NCBI GenBank assembly: GCA_965228895.1
Contig: OZ245842.1
Coordinates: forward strand, 3,712,001 to 3,776,000
Direction of reading: 5' to 3'
From: Alphaproteobacteria bacterium
GTDB lineage: Bacteria; Pseudomonadota; Alphaproteobacteria; SP197
Length of the DNA stretch: 64,000 bases
Shown here: piece after piece, positions 37,753 to 46,666 of the stretch
How positions within the stretch are numbered: position 1 is the first letter of the stretch
Layout: every line of letters begins with the position of its first letter
Notes under the pieces: model-generated
The model's database searches: none
Told to the model about the DNA's origin: nothing
The model's input: only the letters and a program-made list of their open reading frames with translations
Position numbers and translations under genes: made by a program

Positions 37753-37864
37753 ACACATCTGCCACGAGGTTTCGGCCAAACCTGCCAACGAGTATGCGTT
37801 AACCCGTTGGCAGGTGAGCCGTTCTTGTCATTGTATTGTTCTGCTGACTCGGTAGGAGGGCAGC

Positions 37865-39121
37865 ATGTCATCGGAATCCGACGTCGTTATCATCGGTGCA
37901 GGGTCGGCGGGCCTGTCGGCGGCCAAGGAACTGGCGCACCTTGGCCTTTCCACGACGGTCGTCGAGGGATCGCACCGCATCGGCGGACGCGCCTACTCCG
38001 AAGAGATCGCACCCGGCGTTTGGTTCGACCTGGGTTGCGCCTGGTTGACCGGAGCCGTCGCCAATCCTTTTATCCCCATTGCCGACGCGCTGGGCATCAC
38101 GCTGGCCAAAGACAAGAGCCATCTGTTCGATATCGACAAACACCATTTCCATAGAAACGGCGCACCGCTCAACGACGACCAACGCGCTGCTTGCCTGCGC
38201 TATTACGACGAGAGTCACGAAGCGATATCCGACGCCGCCAAGCAGGATCGCGATGTCGCCATCGGCGATGTGGTCGATATGGAGCACGAGTTTGCGCCAC
38301 CCCTTCTGGGCGGCATTGCGACTTCGTGGGGCATGGATGTTGACCTCGTTTCGACCACCGACTCGGCCAGTTCGGCCGGCGAGTTGGGCTTTCCCGCCCT
38401 CAATGGCTACGGCAATCTGGTGGCGGCATGGGGCGCCGATGTGCCGGTGTCGCTCAACACGCGCGTTGACCGGATTGATTGGACGGGTCCCGGCGTGACA
38501 GTCGAGACGCCCAAGGGCGCCATCAAAGGGCGGACCGCCCTCTGCACGGTGTCAACGGGCGTCCTGGCATCCGGCGAGATCGCGTTTACGCCCGGCCTGC
38601 CGGACTGGAAAACGGAAGCAATCCACAATCTACCCATGGGCACGGAAAACAAAATGGGCGTCCACTTCGACACCGACGTGTTCGGACCGGATGGCCGCGG
38701 TCACCACACCACGTGGAATGACGACGGCACCATGGGTAAGATTCACGCCTGCGTCATGGGCAACAACATTGCCTCTGTGTTCACCGGCGGGCGCCACGCT
38801 GTCTGGCTCGAGAAGCAGGGCCAGCAGGCCGGTCACGACTTCGCCGTCGACCGGTGTGCCGATATCTTCGGCAACGACATCCGCAAATACGTTACCCGCA
38901 CCATCGTCACCGCCTGGGAAACGGAGCCTTGGACCCGGGGCTCGTGGGCCTGCGCGCGTCCCGGCCACGCACACCAGCGCACCAATCTAGGTCGCGGCGT
39001 CGATGAACGTCTGTTCTTTGCCGGTGAGGCCACGGTCTATGGCGGGCAAGGCACCTGCGACGGGGCGTACCACTCAGGCATCCGCGCGGCGCGGGAGATT
39101 GCCGCAACGTTGAACGTCTGA
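37865..39121 (+). CDS. Flavin-containing amine oxidase-family protein
   Basis: GAGSAGL, RIGGRA, WETEPWTRGSW, FFAGEAT and GAYHSGIRAA. Confidence 0.9.
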   Translation: MSSESDVVIIGAGSAGLSAAKELAHLGLSTTVVEGSHRIGGRAYSEEIAPGVWFDLGCAWLTGAVANPFIPIADALGITLAKDKSHLFDIDKHHFHRNGAPLNDDQRAACLRYYDESHEAISDAAKQDRDVAIGDVVDMEHEFAPPLLGGIATSWGMDVDLVSTTDSASSAGELGFPALNGYGNLVAAWGADVPVSLNTRVDRIDWTGPGVTVETPKGAIKGRTALCTVSTGVLASGEIAFTPGLPDWKTEAIHNLPMGTENKMGVHFDTDVFGPDGRGHHTTWNDDGTMGKIHACVMGNNIASVFTGGRHAVWLEKQGQQAGHDFAVDRCADIFGNDIRKYVTRTIVTAWETEPWTRGSWACARPGHAHQRTNLGRGVDERLFFAGEATVYGGQGTCDGAYHSGIRAAREIAATLNV

Positions 39122-39242
39122 TGGAGTGTTACCGATAATCTCCGCAACGTGATGCGGCTATGCTGAATTGGCGGAAGTGCCTGTTTGATCGCGAAATCGA
39201 GGCCACGAGACGTGGTCTGGCGGTCATGTGGATGACCGTGGC

Positions 39243-40139
39243 CTACGGGCCGATCAGCTGCTTCATGCGCTCCTTGTGGGCTTGGCAGGCGGCAAGGATC
39301 CAATCGACAAAGATGTCGAGCGCGCGTCGCTGTGGTGATTGTCGAAGCGCGAAGATGAACTGATTGCCCTCTATAGTCTCGGCAAAGAGACGCACAAACC
39401 GCCCATGGACAAGGTCGTCGCCATAGACCATGGCATCACCCATCAACACGCCACGGCCTGCGACAGCCGCCTCGTACAGGCGATCGTGCGAGAAGTAGAT
39501 CTCCGTATTCGGAGCTTTGACATGGCGTACCCCTGCGGCATCGAACCATCGTTGCCACCAATCGTCGCTGTCATCATGCAACAGGCAATGGCGGGCCAAG
39601 TCGCTCGGCTGGGTAAGAGGCGTCGGGCCTTCAAGAAGCATGGGTACACACATGGGAAAGACCGTCTCGCTGAACAGGAGGTGGCGATCGCGCCCAAATC
39701 TCTGTCTGAAACCATAGAAGATCAGGCCGTCGACATCGTCGCTTTCGTCTTGCAGTACGAGATCTATATGGACATGCGGATGAAGGCGGTGGAACTCACC
39801 GAGCCGTGGCGCCAGCCAACGTTTGGCAAACGCGGTCTCACTGGCGATGCGGAGCGTGTGGCGCCCTGCTCGTCGGCGGGCACGTTCAACACCCCGATCC
39901 ATGGCGGCGAACGCCGTCACCACCTCGTCGCGCAGCTCACGCCCGGCGTCGGTAAGCCTCACTCTGCGATGCAGGCGTTCGAACAGTTCGACGCCGAGCT
40001 CGCCTTCCAACCGCTTGATATGACGCGTGACAGCGACAGGCGTCACGGCAAGTTCGGCTGCGGCGTCCTTGAAGCTTTCGAGGCGCGCGGCAGCTTCGAA
40101 CGCGCGGAGGGCATGGAGATTCAGTGTTTTGCTGGTCAT
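39243..40139 (-). CDS. LysR-family regulator (GcvA-like)
   Basis: LHALRAFEAAARLESFKDAAAELAVTP. Confidence 0.9.
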   Translation of the reverse strand: MTSKTLNLHALRAFEAAARLESFKDAAAELAVTPVAVTRHIKRLEGELGVELFERLHRRVRLTDAGRELRDEVVTAFAAMDRGVERARRRAGRHTLRIASETAFAKRWLAPRLGEFHRLHPHVHIDLVLQDESDDVDGLIFYGFRQRFGRDRHLLFSETVFPMCVPMLLEGPTPLTQPSDLARHCLLHDDSDDWWQRWFDAAGVRHVKAPNTEIYFSHDRLYEAAVAGRGVLMGDAMVYGDDLVHGRFVRLFAETIEGNQFIFALRQSPQRRALDIFVDWILAACQAHKERMKQLIGP

Positions 40140-40375
40140 GCCCTAAGCGCCATTCAACCGTTCCGTTGACCCCATCGCCTTACTCTCGGAAGCCGTTGTC
40201 TCCGATACGGATCACCAAGGATACGGTTAATCCAGGGTTAACTGAAGTGTCGAATAGTCATTTGTCATGAACAGCGCGTACATCCGAACATTGTTTTAGG
40301 CCGCTGACCGGGGGCGAAGACCGTGGCATCGCGGGAATTCGAGCTGGCCTAATCAACAAAGGGAGGACAGAAAGC

Positions 40376-41533
40376 ATGAAACCGTTGATGGAGACGACCC
40401 GCTTCCACGACCTGTTGTGTGAGGGTCGACTGAGCCGGCGTCAGGCGCATCGGATCATGGCGTCCTTTGGCGTTGGCACCGTCGCCGTACAGGCGCTGGG
40501 CGGGGGCGCCCTGGCCGAGACGCAGGACGACCAACCGGTGTTCTTTACCTGGGTTGGCTATGACGAGCCCGAGTTCATGGTTCACTACACCGCGAAGTAT
40601 GGGACCGAGCCGAACTACGCGTTCTTCGCTGACGAGGACGAGGCATTCGCCAAAATGAGGGCCGGTTACAACCCCCACGTGACCTATCCGTGCGGACCTT
40701 CCCTCAAGCTGTGGTACGACGCCGGATTGCTTGCACCGATTGAAACGGATCGCCTGTCGAACTGGCCGGACGTTATGGAGATCTTCAAGAATGCTCCCAA
40801 TTCGGTGGTCGACGGTGAGCGCGTCTACGTGCCGGAGGATTGGGGCCAGACCTCGATGATCGTCCGCACCGACCTTGCACCGGAATACGCGGATCCGGAG
40901 AACCAGACCTGGAAGGCGCTGTGGGACGAGAACTACGCCGGCCGCGTTTCGATTTCCGACTATTCATACGAGGCCTTCGCGATCGCAGCGCTCGTCTTGG
41001 GTCTGGACCCCTGGAACATGAGCGAGGCCGATCGGATACAATGCGAGGACGCGCTTCGCGAGCAGGTGCCGCTCAACCGCATGTTCACGACGTCGCACAC
41101 GCAGCAGGCGCAGGCGCTGGCATCCGGTGAACTCGTGATTGCGACCGGGACCAACGGGCTCCTGTCGGAGCTGACGGAGCAAGGCGAAGAGTTTGGCATT
41201 GAGTTCTCGTTTGCCACACCGAAAGAGGGCGCCATTACGTGGCATTGCGGGTTGTGCATTCACCCGGCCGCGATCACGGATGGCATGTACGAGAAGTGCC
41301 ACGACATCATCGATTCTTTCATTTCACCGGAGGCTGGCGCCTACGAGATTGGCAACTGGTACTACGGCCACTCCAACATCAAGTCGTACGAGGGATTTGA
41401 CGAGGAGTTCCTGCTTTCAATTGGTCAGTCCAAGGACGTCGAAACCTTCCTCGAGGGCACCGCGTTCCAGCAAACCATGAACGAGCCGGAAGTCCTCGCC
41501 CTGCGGTGGGAAGAGCTGAAGGCAGGATTCTGA
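40376..41533 (+). CDS. PotD/PotF-like ABC substrate-binding protein (Tat)
   Basis: SRRQ leader, FTWVGYDE, PEDWGQT and PKEGAITW; GGGAGG RBS. Confidence 0.88.
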   Translation: MKPLMETTRFHDLLCEGRLSRRQAHRIMASFGVGTVAVQALGGGALAETQDDQPVFFTWVGYDEPEFMVHYTAKYGTEPNYAFFADEDEAFAKMRAGYNPHVTYPCGPSLKLWYDAGLLAPIETDRLSNWPDVMEIFKNAPNSVVDGERVYVPEDWGQTSMIVRTDLAPEYADPENQTWKALWDENYAGRVSISDYSYEAFAIAALVLGLDPWNMSEADRIQCEDALREQVPLNRMFTTSHTQQAQALASGELVIATGTNGLLSELTEQGEEFGIEFSFATPKEGAITWHCGLCIHPAAITDGMYEKCHDIIDSFISPEAGAYEIGNWYYGHSNIKSYEGFDEEFLLSIGQSKDVETFLEGTAFQQTMNEPEVLALRWEELKAGF

Positions 41534-41559
41534 TTAGGCGAGGCATGATCGGAGCGGAG

Positions 41560-41586
41560 AGCGGTGCGACAAAAGGCACCGCTTTT
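41560..41586 (+). terminator. Hairpin with short T tract after the binding-protein gene
   Basis: AGCGGTGC-N8-GCACCGCT followed by TTT. Confidence 0.5.
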
Positions 41587-41682
41587 CCTGCTTCCGCTTG
41601 TTGTCGTTGCCTCACCCGAGAACGCATTGCGACAAACGCTCGGGTGCCTTTGGGCAGCGGACCCTACGGGAGTGCAGCGAGC

Positions 41683-42555
41683 GTGAAGTTCGTCAGCTAC
41701 AACATTCAATACGGTTTTGGGTCCGACGCACAGTACGACCTCGAGCGCACGGTCGAGGCCGTTGCCGAGGCTGATGTGATTGCCCTCCAGGAGGTTGAGC
41801 GGCATTGGGCAAGGACCGCAGAGGCGGACCAGCCTGCAGAGATCGCGGCGATGCTGCCCGATCACCATTGGGTCTATGGCCCAGCCTTCGACATGGATGC
41901 GAGCTATCGCGATGACGAAGGCCGGCTCGTCAACCGGCGGCGTCAGTTCGGCACCATGGTACTTTCGCGGCTGCCCATCGTGTGGTCACGGCTGCACTGC
42001 CTTCCGATGTGGCGGGTGACGAACCCGCTCAACACCCAGAACCCCGCTCTGGAAACCATGATTCGCACGCCGTGCGGACCCGTTCGCGTCTTCTCGCTTC
42101 ACCTGTCTCACATTTCTGTCGAGGAACGGATCGCCCAGATTGACTGGCTCATGGCAAGAGAGGCCCGTGTTCCCTTCGAAGGCGCCTCGTGGTGCGGGAC
42201 CGACGACGAGCCCGAGCGGAACTGGACCTATTCGGAGCCCGAGAATCCGATTGCCGCCATTTTTATGGGCGACTTTAACAGCGTTGCCGAGGGCCCGGAG
42301 TACCAGCGGATCGTCGGTGCGCCGCACACGGAGTATGACGCGGGAACGATCCACCATATCGGCCGATTTGTCGACGCGTGGGTTGCCGCCGGGCATGCCG
42401 CGGGCGACGGAGCCACACGCGATCACAGGATCGACTATTGCTTTGTCGAAGGAACGATTGCCCATCGAGTCCGAGACGCCTGGATCGATTCTGTTACCGA
42501 GGCCTCAGACCACCAGCCAGTATGGACAGAGATTGAATTGGAAACCTTGGAGTGA
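41683..42555 (+). CDS. Endonuclease/exonuclease/phosphatase-family protein
   Basis: VSYNIQY, DVIALQEV, MGDFNS, IDYCF and ASDHQPV. Confidence 0.9.
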   Translation: MKFVSYNIQYGFGSDAQYDLERTVEAVAEADVIALQEVERHWARTAEADQPAEIAAMLPDHHWVYGPAFDMDASYRDDEGRLVNRRRQFGTMVLSRLPIVWSRLHCLPMWRVTNPLNTQNPALETMIRTPCGPVRVFSLHLSHISVEERIAQIDWLMAREARVPFEGASWCGTDDEPERNWTYSEPENPIAAIFMGDFNSVAEGPEYQRIVGAPHTEYDAGTIHHIGRFVDAWVAAGHAAGDGATRDHRIDYCFVEGTIAHRVRDAWIDSVTEASDHQPVWTEIELETLE

Positions 42556-42635
42556 GACGTGAAACCGTACACTGACAGCCCGGCGCCTGGGGTCCAGGTT
42601 GCGGGTTTGTTGCCGTCATGCGGAAGGAGACGTTA

Positions 42636-43514
42636 ATGCCGCTCACCTATCTTGACCGGACGGTTGACGCCGAGACCGTTGCGGCTGTGCTGCGCCGCGA
42701 CGGCGCGGTCGCGGTCAACAGTCTTGCCGAACCCGACCTTGCCGACACGATCGTCTCTGAGTTGCGCCCGCAGCTCGATGCATTCGGGCTTGAGCATCCA
42801 AGTGATTTTGGCGGTGACCGGACACGGCGTATCAAGAGCGTTCTCTCAGCAGCGCCCAGCGCGGCCTGTCTCATGGAGCATGATCTGGTCGTTGGTGTTG
42901 CGGACGACGTCCTTTTGCCCAATTGCGCCACCTATCAAATTGGCAGTACGGACGCGATCGAGGTTCTACCCGGCCAACCGCCCCAGGCGCTGCACCGGGA
43001 CGATACGACCTACCCGATCGAGATGGCCGGGATGGAATTGCAGATCGGGGTCATGTGGGCGCTCGATGACTTTTCGATGGAGAACGGCGGAACACGCGTC
43101 GTCCTGGGCAGCCACCGTTTCATTCGCTCCTGGCATCTGCCGGACCTGTCTCATTGGGAAGCCGCCGTCATGCCGAAAGGTTCGGCACTCTTCTACCTGG
43201 GTTCGATCTGGCATGGCGCGGGCGAAAACCAGAGCGCTGCGCCGCGCGCAGGGCTCGTTACCACTTACTCGTTGGGTTGGCTGCGACAAGAATACAATCA
43301 GTACCTGTACAATCCTCCAGAAACCGCTGCCCAGTTCGGGCCGCGCCTGAAGGCGCTGCTCGGCTACACACCGCACGGGTCGGGCGACGACCGCCTCGGC
43401 ACATTTGGTGGCGACTGTCCTGCCTGGGTCGAAACGCCGCCGGATCCCGCGTGGCAAGACAATCGGGGTCGAGGCGCAACAGCGGCGGACGTCGAAGCGC
43501 AAGCTGGCGTCTGA
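42636..43514 (+). CDS. Phytanoyl-CoA dioxygenase (PhyH)-family Fe/2OG enzyme, copy 1
   Basis: QALHRDD, ENGGTRVV.GSH, WHGAGEN and LGWLRQE. Confidence 0.9.
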   Translation: MPLTYLDRTVDAETVAAVLRRDGAVAVNSLAEPDLADTIVSELRPQLDAFGLEHPSDFGGDRTRRIKSVLSAAPSAACLMEHDLVVGVADDVLLPNCATYQIGSTDAIEVLPGQPPQALHRDDTTYPIEMAGMELQIGVMWALDDFSMENGGTRVVLGSHRFIRSWHLPDLSHWEAAVMPKGSALFYLGSIWHGAGENQSAAPRAGLVTTYSLGWLRQEYNQYLYNPPETAAQFGPRLKALLGYTPHGSGDDRLGTFGGDCPAWVETPPDPAWQDNRGRGATAADVEAQAGV

Positions 43515-43578
43515 TCTTGATGTTAATCACGAAAGGCGAACCCTACGTCTCAGAACATTGTAATAGGAGAACCGTTAC

Positions 43579-44457
43579 ATGCCGTTGACCTATCTTGACC
43601 GCAACGCTGACGCCGCGACCGTCGCCGATGCCCTGCGCCGCGATGGGGCGGTTGCGGTCACCGAACTTGTCGAGCCGGAGCTGGTTGACGCCGTGGCCGC
43701 GGAACTGAGGCCACGGCTCGATGCCGTCGGGCTCAAGTCAAGCGGCATCTTCAACAACATGCTCACGAACCGGTGCGGCAAGGTGCTGCTGACGGCGCCG
43801 AGCGCGGCGGAGCTGGTCGAGCACGAGCAGGTGCTCGACGTGCTGGACGAGACGCTGCTTCCCTTCGCTTCGACTTACCGGATCAGCAGCCTCTCGGCGA
43901 TCGAGATTCTGCCGGGTGAGAAACACCAAGCTTTGCATCGCGACGACACGGTCTATCCGATCGACATCGCCGGCATGGAGCTGACTGTGGGCGTGATGTG
44001 GGCGCTGAGCGACTTCACGGAGGAGAACGGCGGAACCCGGGTGATCCCGGACAGTCACCGTTATCTCCGTTCATGGCACCTTCCCGACATGGGTGCCTGG
44101 GAGAACGCCGTGATGCCGAAAGGTTCGGTGGTGTTCTATCTGGGTTCGACCTGGCACGGCGGTGGCGCCAACCGGAGCAACGCGCCGCGCCTGGGACTCG
44201 TCAACACCTACTGCCTGGGCTGGCTGCGGCCAGAATCCAACCAATACCTCGCCATGCCTCCCGAGGAGGCGGCACGTTTCAGCCCGACCATCCGCGCCTT
44301 GCTGGGCTACATGCCGCACGGGGCGAGCGACGACCTGTGCGGCCACTATAGCGGTGAATGCGAGGCTTGGGTGGATGCGCCGCCGCGGCCCGCCTGGCGC
44401 GCCGTGCGCGGCCATGTCTCCCGCCCGGAACATGCCAAAGCGCAAGGCGGCGGCTGA
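43579..44457 (+). CDS. PhyH-family Fe/2OG dioxygenase, copy 2 (tandem paralog)
   Basis: Same N-terminus MPLTYLDR; QALHRDD and WHGGGAN. Confidence 0.9.
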   Translation: MPLTYLDRNADAATVADALRRDGAVAVTELVEPELVDAVAAELRPRLDAVGLKSSGIFNNMLTNRCGKVLLTAPSAAELVEHEQVLDVLDETLLPFASTYRISSLSAIEILPGEKHQALHRDDTVYPIDIAGMELTVGVMWALSDFTEENGGTRVIPDSHRYLRSWHLPDMGAWENAVMPKGSVVFYLGSTWHGGGANRSNAPRLGLVNTYCLGWLRPESNQYLAMPPEEAARFSPTIRALLGYMPHGASDDLCGHYSGECEAWVDAPPRPAWRAVRGHVSRPEHAKAQGGG

Positions 44458-44520
44458 CCCGATCGACGACACTAACTTCGAAGAGCCAATCTAGGCCAAC
44501 AACAAACCGAGGAGGTTGAA

Positions 44521-45693
44521 ATGTCACATAAACCATTGATGGAGACGGCCCGTTTTCATGACCTGTTGTGCGAGGGCAAACTGACCAGGCGCGACGCCAA
44601 ACGCGTCATGGCCTCGTTCGGCGTCGCCTCGTTGACCATGCACAGCATGGGAGGCAGCGCGCTCGCCCAGGATGCCGACGAGGACCACCCGGTGTTCTTC
44701 ACCTGGGGCGGTTATGATGAACCGGAGTTCATGGTCCATTACACCGCGAAGTACGGCCGCGAACCGAACTACACCTTTTTCGACGACGAAGATAACGCCT
44801 TCGCCAAGATGAGGAGCGGTTTCAACCCGCACGTGACCTACCCCTGCGGCCCCTCGCTCACACGCTGGTACGACGCGGGCTTTCTGGCGCCGATCGAGAC
44901 CGAACGGCTATCGAACTGGCCCAACGTCATGCAGGTTTTCAAGGATGTGCCAGGTTCGACCGTGGACGGCGTGCGGGTCTATGTGCCCGAAGACTGGGGC
45001 CAGACCTCGATGGCCATCCGCACCGACCTCGCGCCGGAGTACGCCGACCCTGAGAACCAGACTTGGAAAGCGTTGTGGGACGAGAAGTATTCGGGCCGCC
45101 TCGCGATGTCCAACGTCTCCTACGAAGCCTTCGCGATCGCGGCCCTCGTGCTGGGGATCGTCCCTTGGAACATGAACGAGGCCGAACGCATCCAATGTGA
45201 GGATCTCCTGCGCGAACAGATCCCGCTCAACCGCTTGCTCCAGGCCTCGTTCACGGAGACTGTGCAAGCGATGGCCTCGGGCGAGCTCGTCATCACAGCG
45301 TCCGACAACGGCATCGTTGCGGGACTCGCGGAGCATGCCGAATCAGAGGGCACCGATATGGAGATCACGTGGACCCGGCCCAAGGAAGGCGCGATCACGT
45401 GGCACTGTGGCCTCTCCATCCATCCCGCTGCGATTGAGGACGGCTTTTACGAGATGGCGCACGACATCATCGACTCCTTCATCTCTCCAGAGGCGGGTCA
45501 TTACGAGATCACCAACTGGTACTACGGACACTCCAACATCAAGTCCTATGATGGGCTCTCTGAGGAGTTCCTCGAGTCGATCGGTCAGACCAAGAAGGTC
45601 GAGGAGTTCCTCGCCAACGCCCAGTTCCAGCAGACGATGAACGAGCCGGACGTGCTCGCGCTTCGTTGGGAGGAATTGAAGGCAGGGTTCTGA
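44521..45693 (+). CDS. PotD/PotF-like substrate-binding protein (close paralog of 40376-41533)
   Basis: Shares KPLMET.RFHDLLCEG, NPHVTYPCGPSL and LALRWEELKAGF. Confidence 0.88.
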   Translation: MSHKPLMETARFHDLLCEGKLTRRDAKRVMASFGVASLTMHSMGGSALAQDADEDHPVFFTWGGYDEPEFMVHYTAKYGREPNYTFFDDEDNAFAKMRSGFNPHVTYPCGPSLTRWYDAGFLAPIETERLSNWPNVMQVFKDVPGSTVDGVRVYVPEDWGQTSMAIRTDLAPEYADPENQTWKALWDEKYSGRLAMSNVSYEAFAIAALVLGIVPWNMNEAERIQCEDLLREQIPLNRLLQASFTETVQAMASGELVITASDNGIVAGLAEHAESEGTDMEITWTRPKEGAITWHCGLSIHPAAIEDGFYEMAHDIIDSFISPEAGHYEITNWYYGHSNIKSYDGLSEEFLESIGQTKKVEEFLANAQFQQTMNEPDVLALRWEELKAGF

Positions 45694-45732
45694 GCCTCGG
45701 CATCAGCCGACTCGGTAACCACAAGACTCGCA

Positions 45733-45777
45733 CCGGTGGTTTCGCGGTGGACGCTTTGGACCACCGCGGGCCACCGG
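45733..45777. other. GC-rich intergenic stem-loop after the binding-protein gene (terminator or mRNA stabiliser)
   Basis: CCGGTGGTTTCGCGGTGG ... CCACCGCGGGCCACCGG pairs with G-U wobbles and a bulge. Confidence 0.5.
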
Positions 45778-45805
45778 CCGCGATCAACGCCTCGGCTTTG
45801 GGTTG

Positions 45806-46594
45806 ATGGAAAACAACGTAGACGAAGACCTTTACAACGACGGCTACACCGCCTTTCTCTGGGATGTGTGGGGCGAAGGCTACCTGTCGCCCGGTGGTCC
45901 TGAAGAGGTTGGCCGCATTGTGGAAGGCCTGAACCTGGACGGCGCCCGCGTTCTCGATATCGGCTGCGGGTCAGGCGCCATCACGCTCTCGCTTGCGCTC
46001 GATCACGGCGCGGCGCATGTCACCGGCATCGACGTCGAGACGCCGGTCTGCAAGGCGGCGCGCCGGCGAGCCAGCGCCGCAGGTGCCGCCGATCGCATCA
46101 CGATCCGGCAAGTCGAACCCGGTCCGCTGGACTTCGACGACGGGAGTTTCGATATCGTCTTTTCGAAGGACGCGATGATCCACATCGCCGACAAGACCTC
46201 CCTCTTTGCCGAGGTGTTCCGCGTCCTGAAGCCGGGCGGCTGGTTTGCCGCCTCCGACTGGCTGATCGCCCACGACGGTACACCCAGTCCAGAGATGGCG
46301 CGCTACATCGAACTCGAAGGGCTCGACTTCGCCATGGCGTCTCCGGACCGCTACGACGCGGCTCTCCGGGATGCAGGCTTCGTGAACGTCGGCCTGGTGA
46401 ACCGCAATCGTTGGTATGCGGGTGAGGCCCGACGAGAGCTCGACTTCTTAAACGGCGGATCTCGGGCCGATCTCGAGCGCAAGCACGGCGCAGAGATCGT
46501 CTTTCATATGGCCGAGATCTGGGAAGCGTTGGTTCAAGTCCTCGAGTCCGGCGAGCATTGCCCCCATCACCTGCGCGCTCAGCGCCCTGGCTAG
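45806..46594 (+). CDS. SAM-dependent N-methyltransferase (phosphoethanolamine/sarcosine NMT-like)
   Basis: [31 protein letters not shown] and LKPGG. Confidence 0.8.
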   Translation: MENNVDEDLYNDGYTAFLWDVWGEGYLSPGGPEEVGRIVEGLNLDGARVLDIGCGSGAITLSLALDHGAAHVTGIDVETPVCKAARRRASAAGAADRITIRQVEPGPLDFDDGSFDIVFSKDAMIHIADKTSLFAEVFRVLKPGGWFAASDWLIAHDGTPSPEMARYIELEGLDFAMASPDRYDAALRDAGFVNVGLVNRNRWYAGEARRELDFLNGGSRADLERKHGAEIVFHMAEIWEALVQVLESGEHCPHHLRAQRPG

Positions 46595-46666
46595 ACCGTC
46601 AGGTGCGTTCGCGCTTGCCACGCCACCGCCGTTTTGACCACAGAGCAACAGTCTGAAGGAAGTCCT

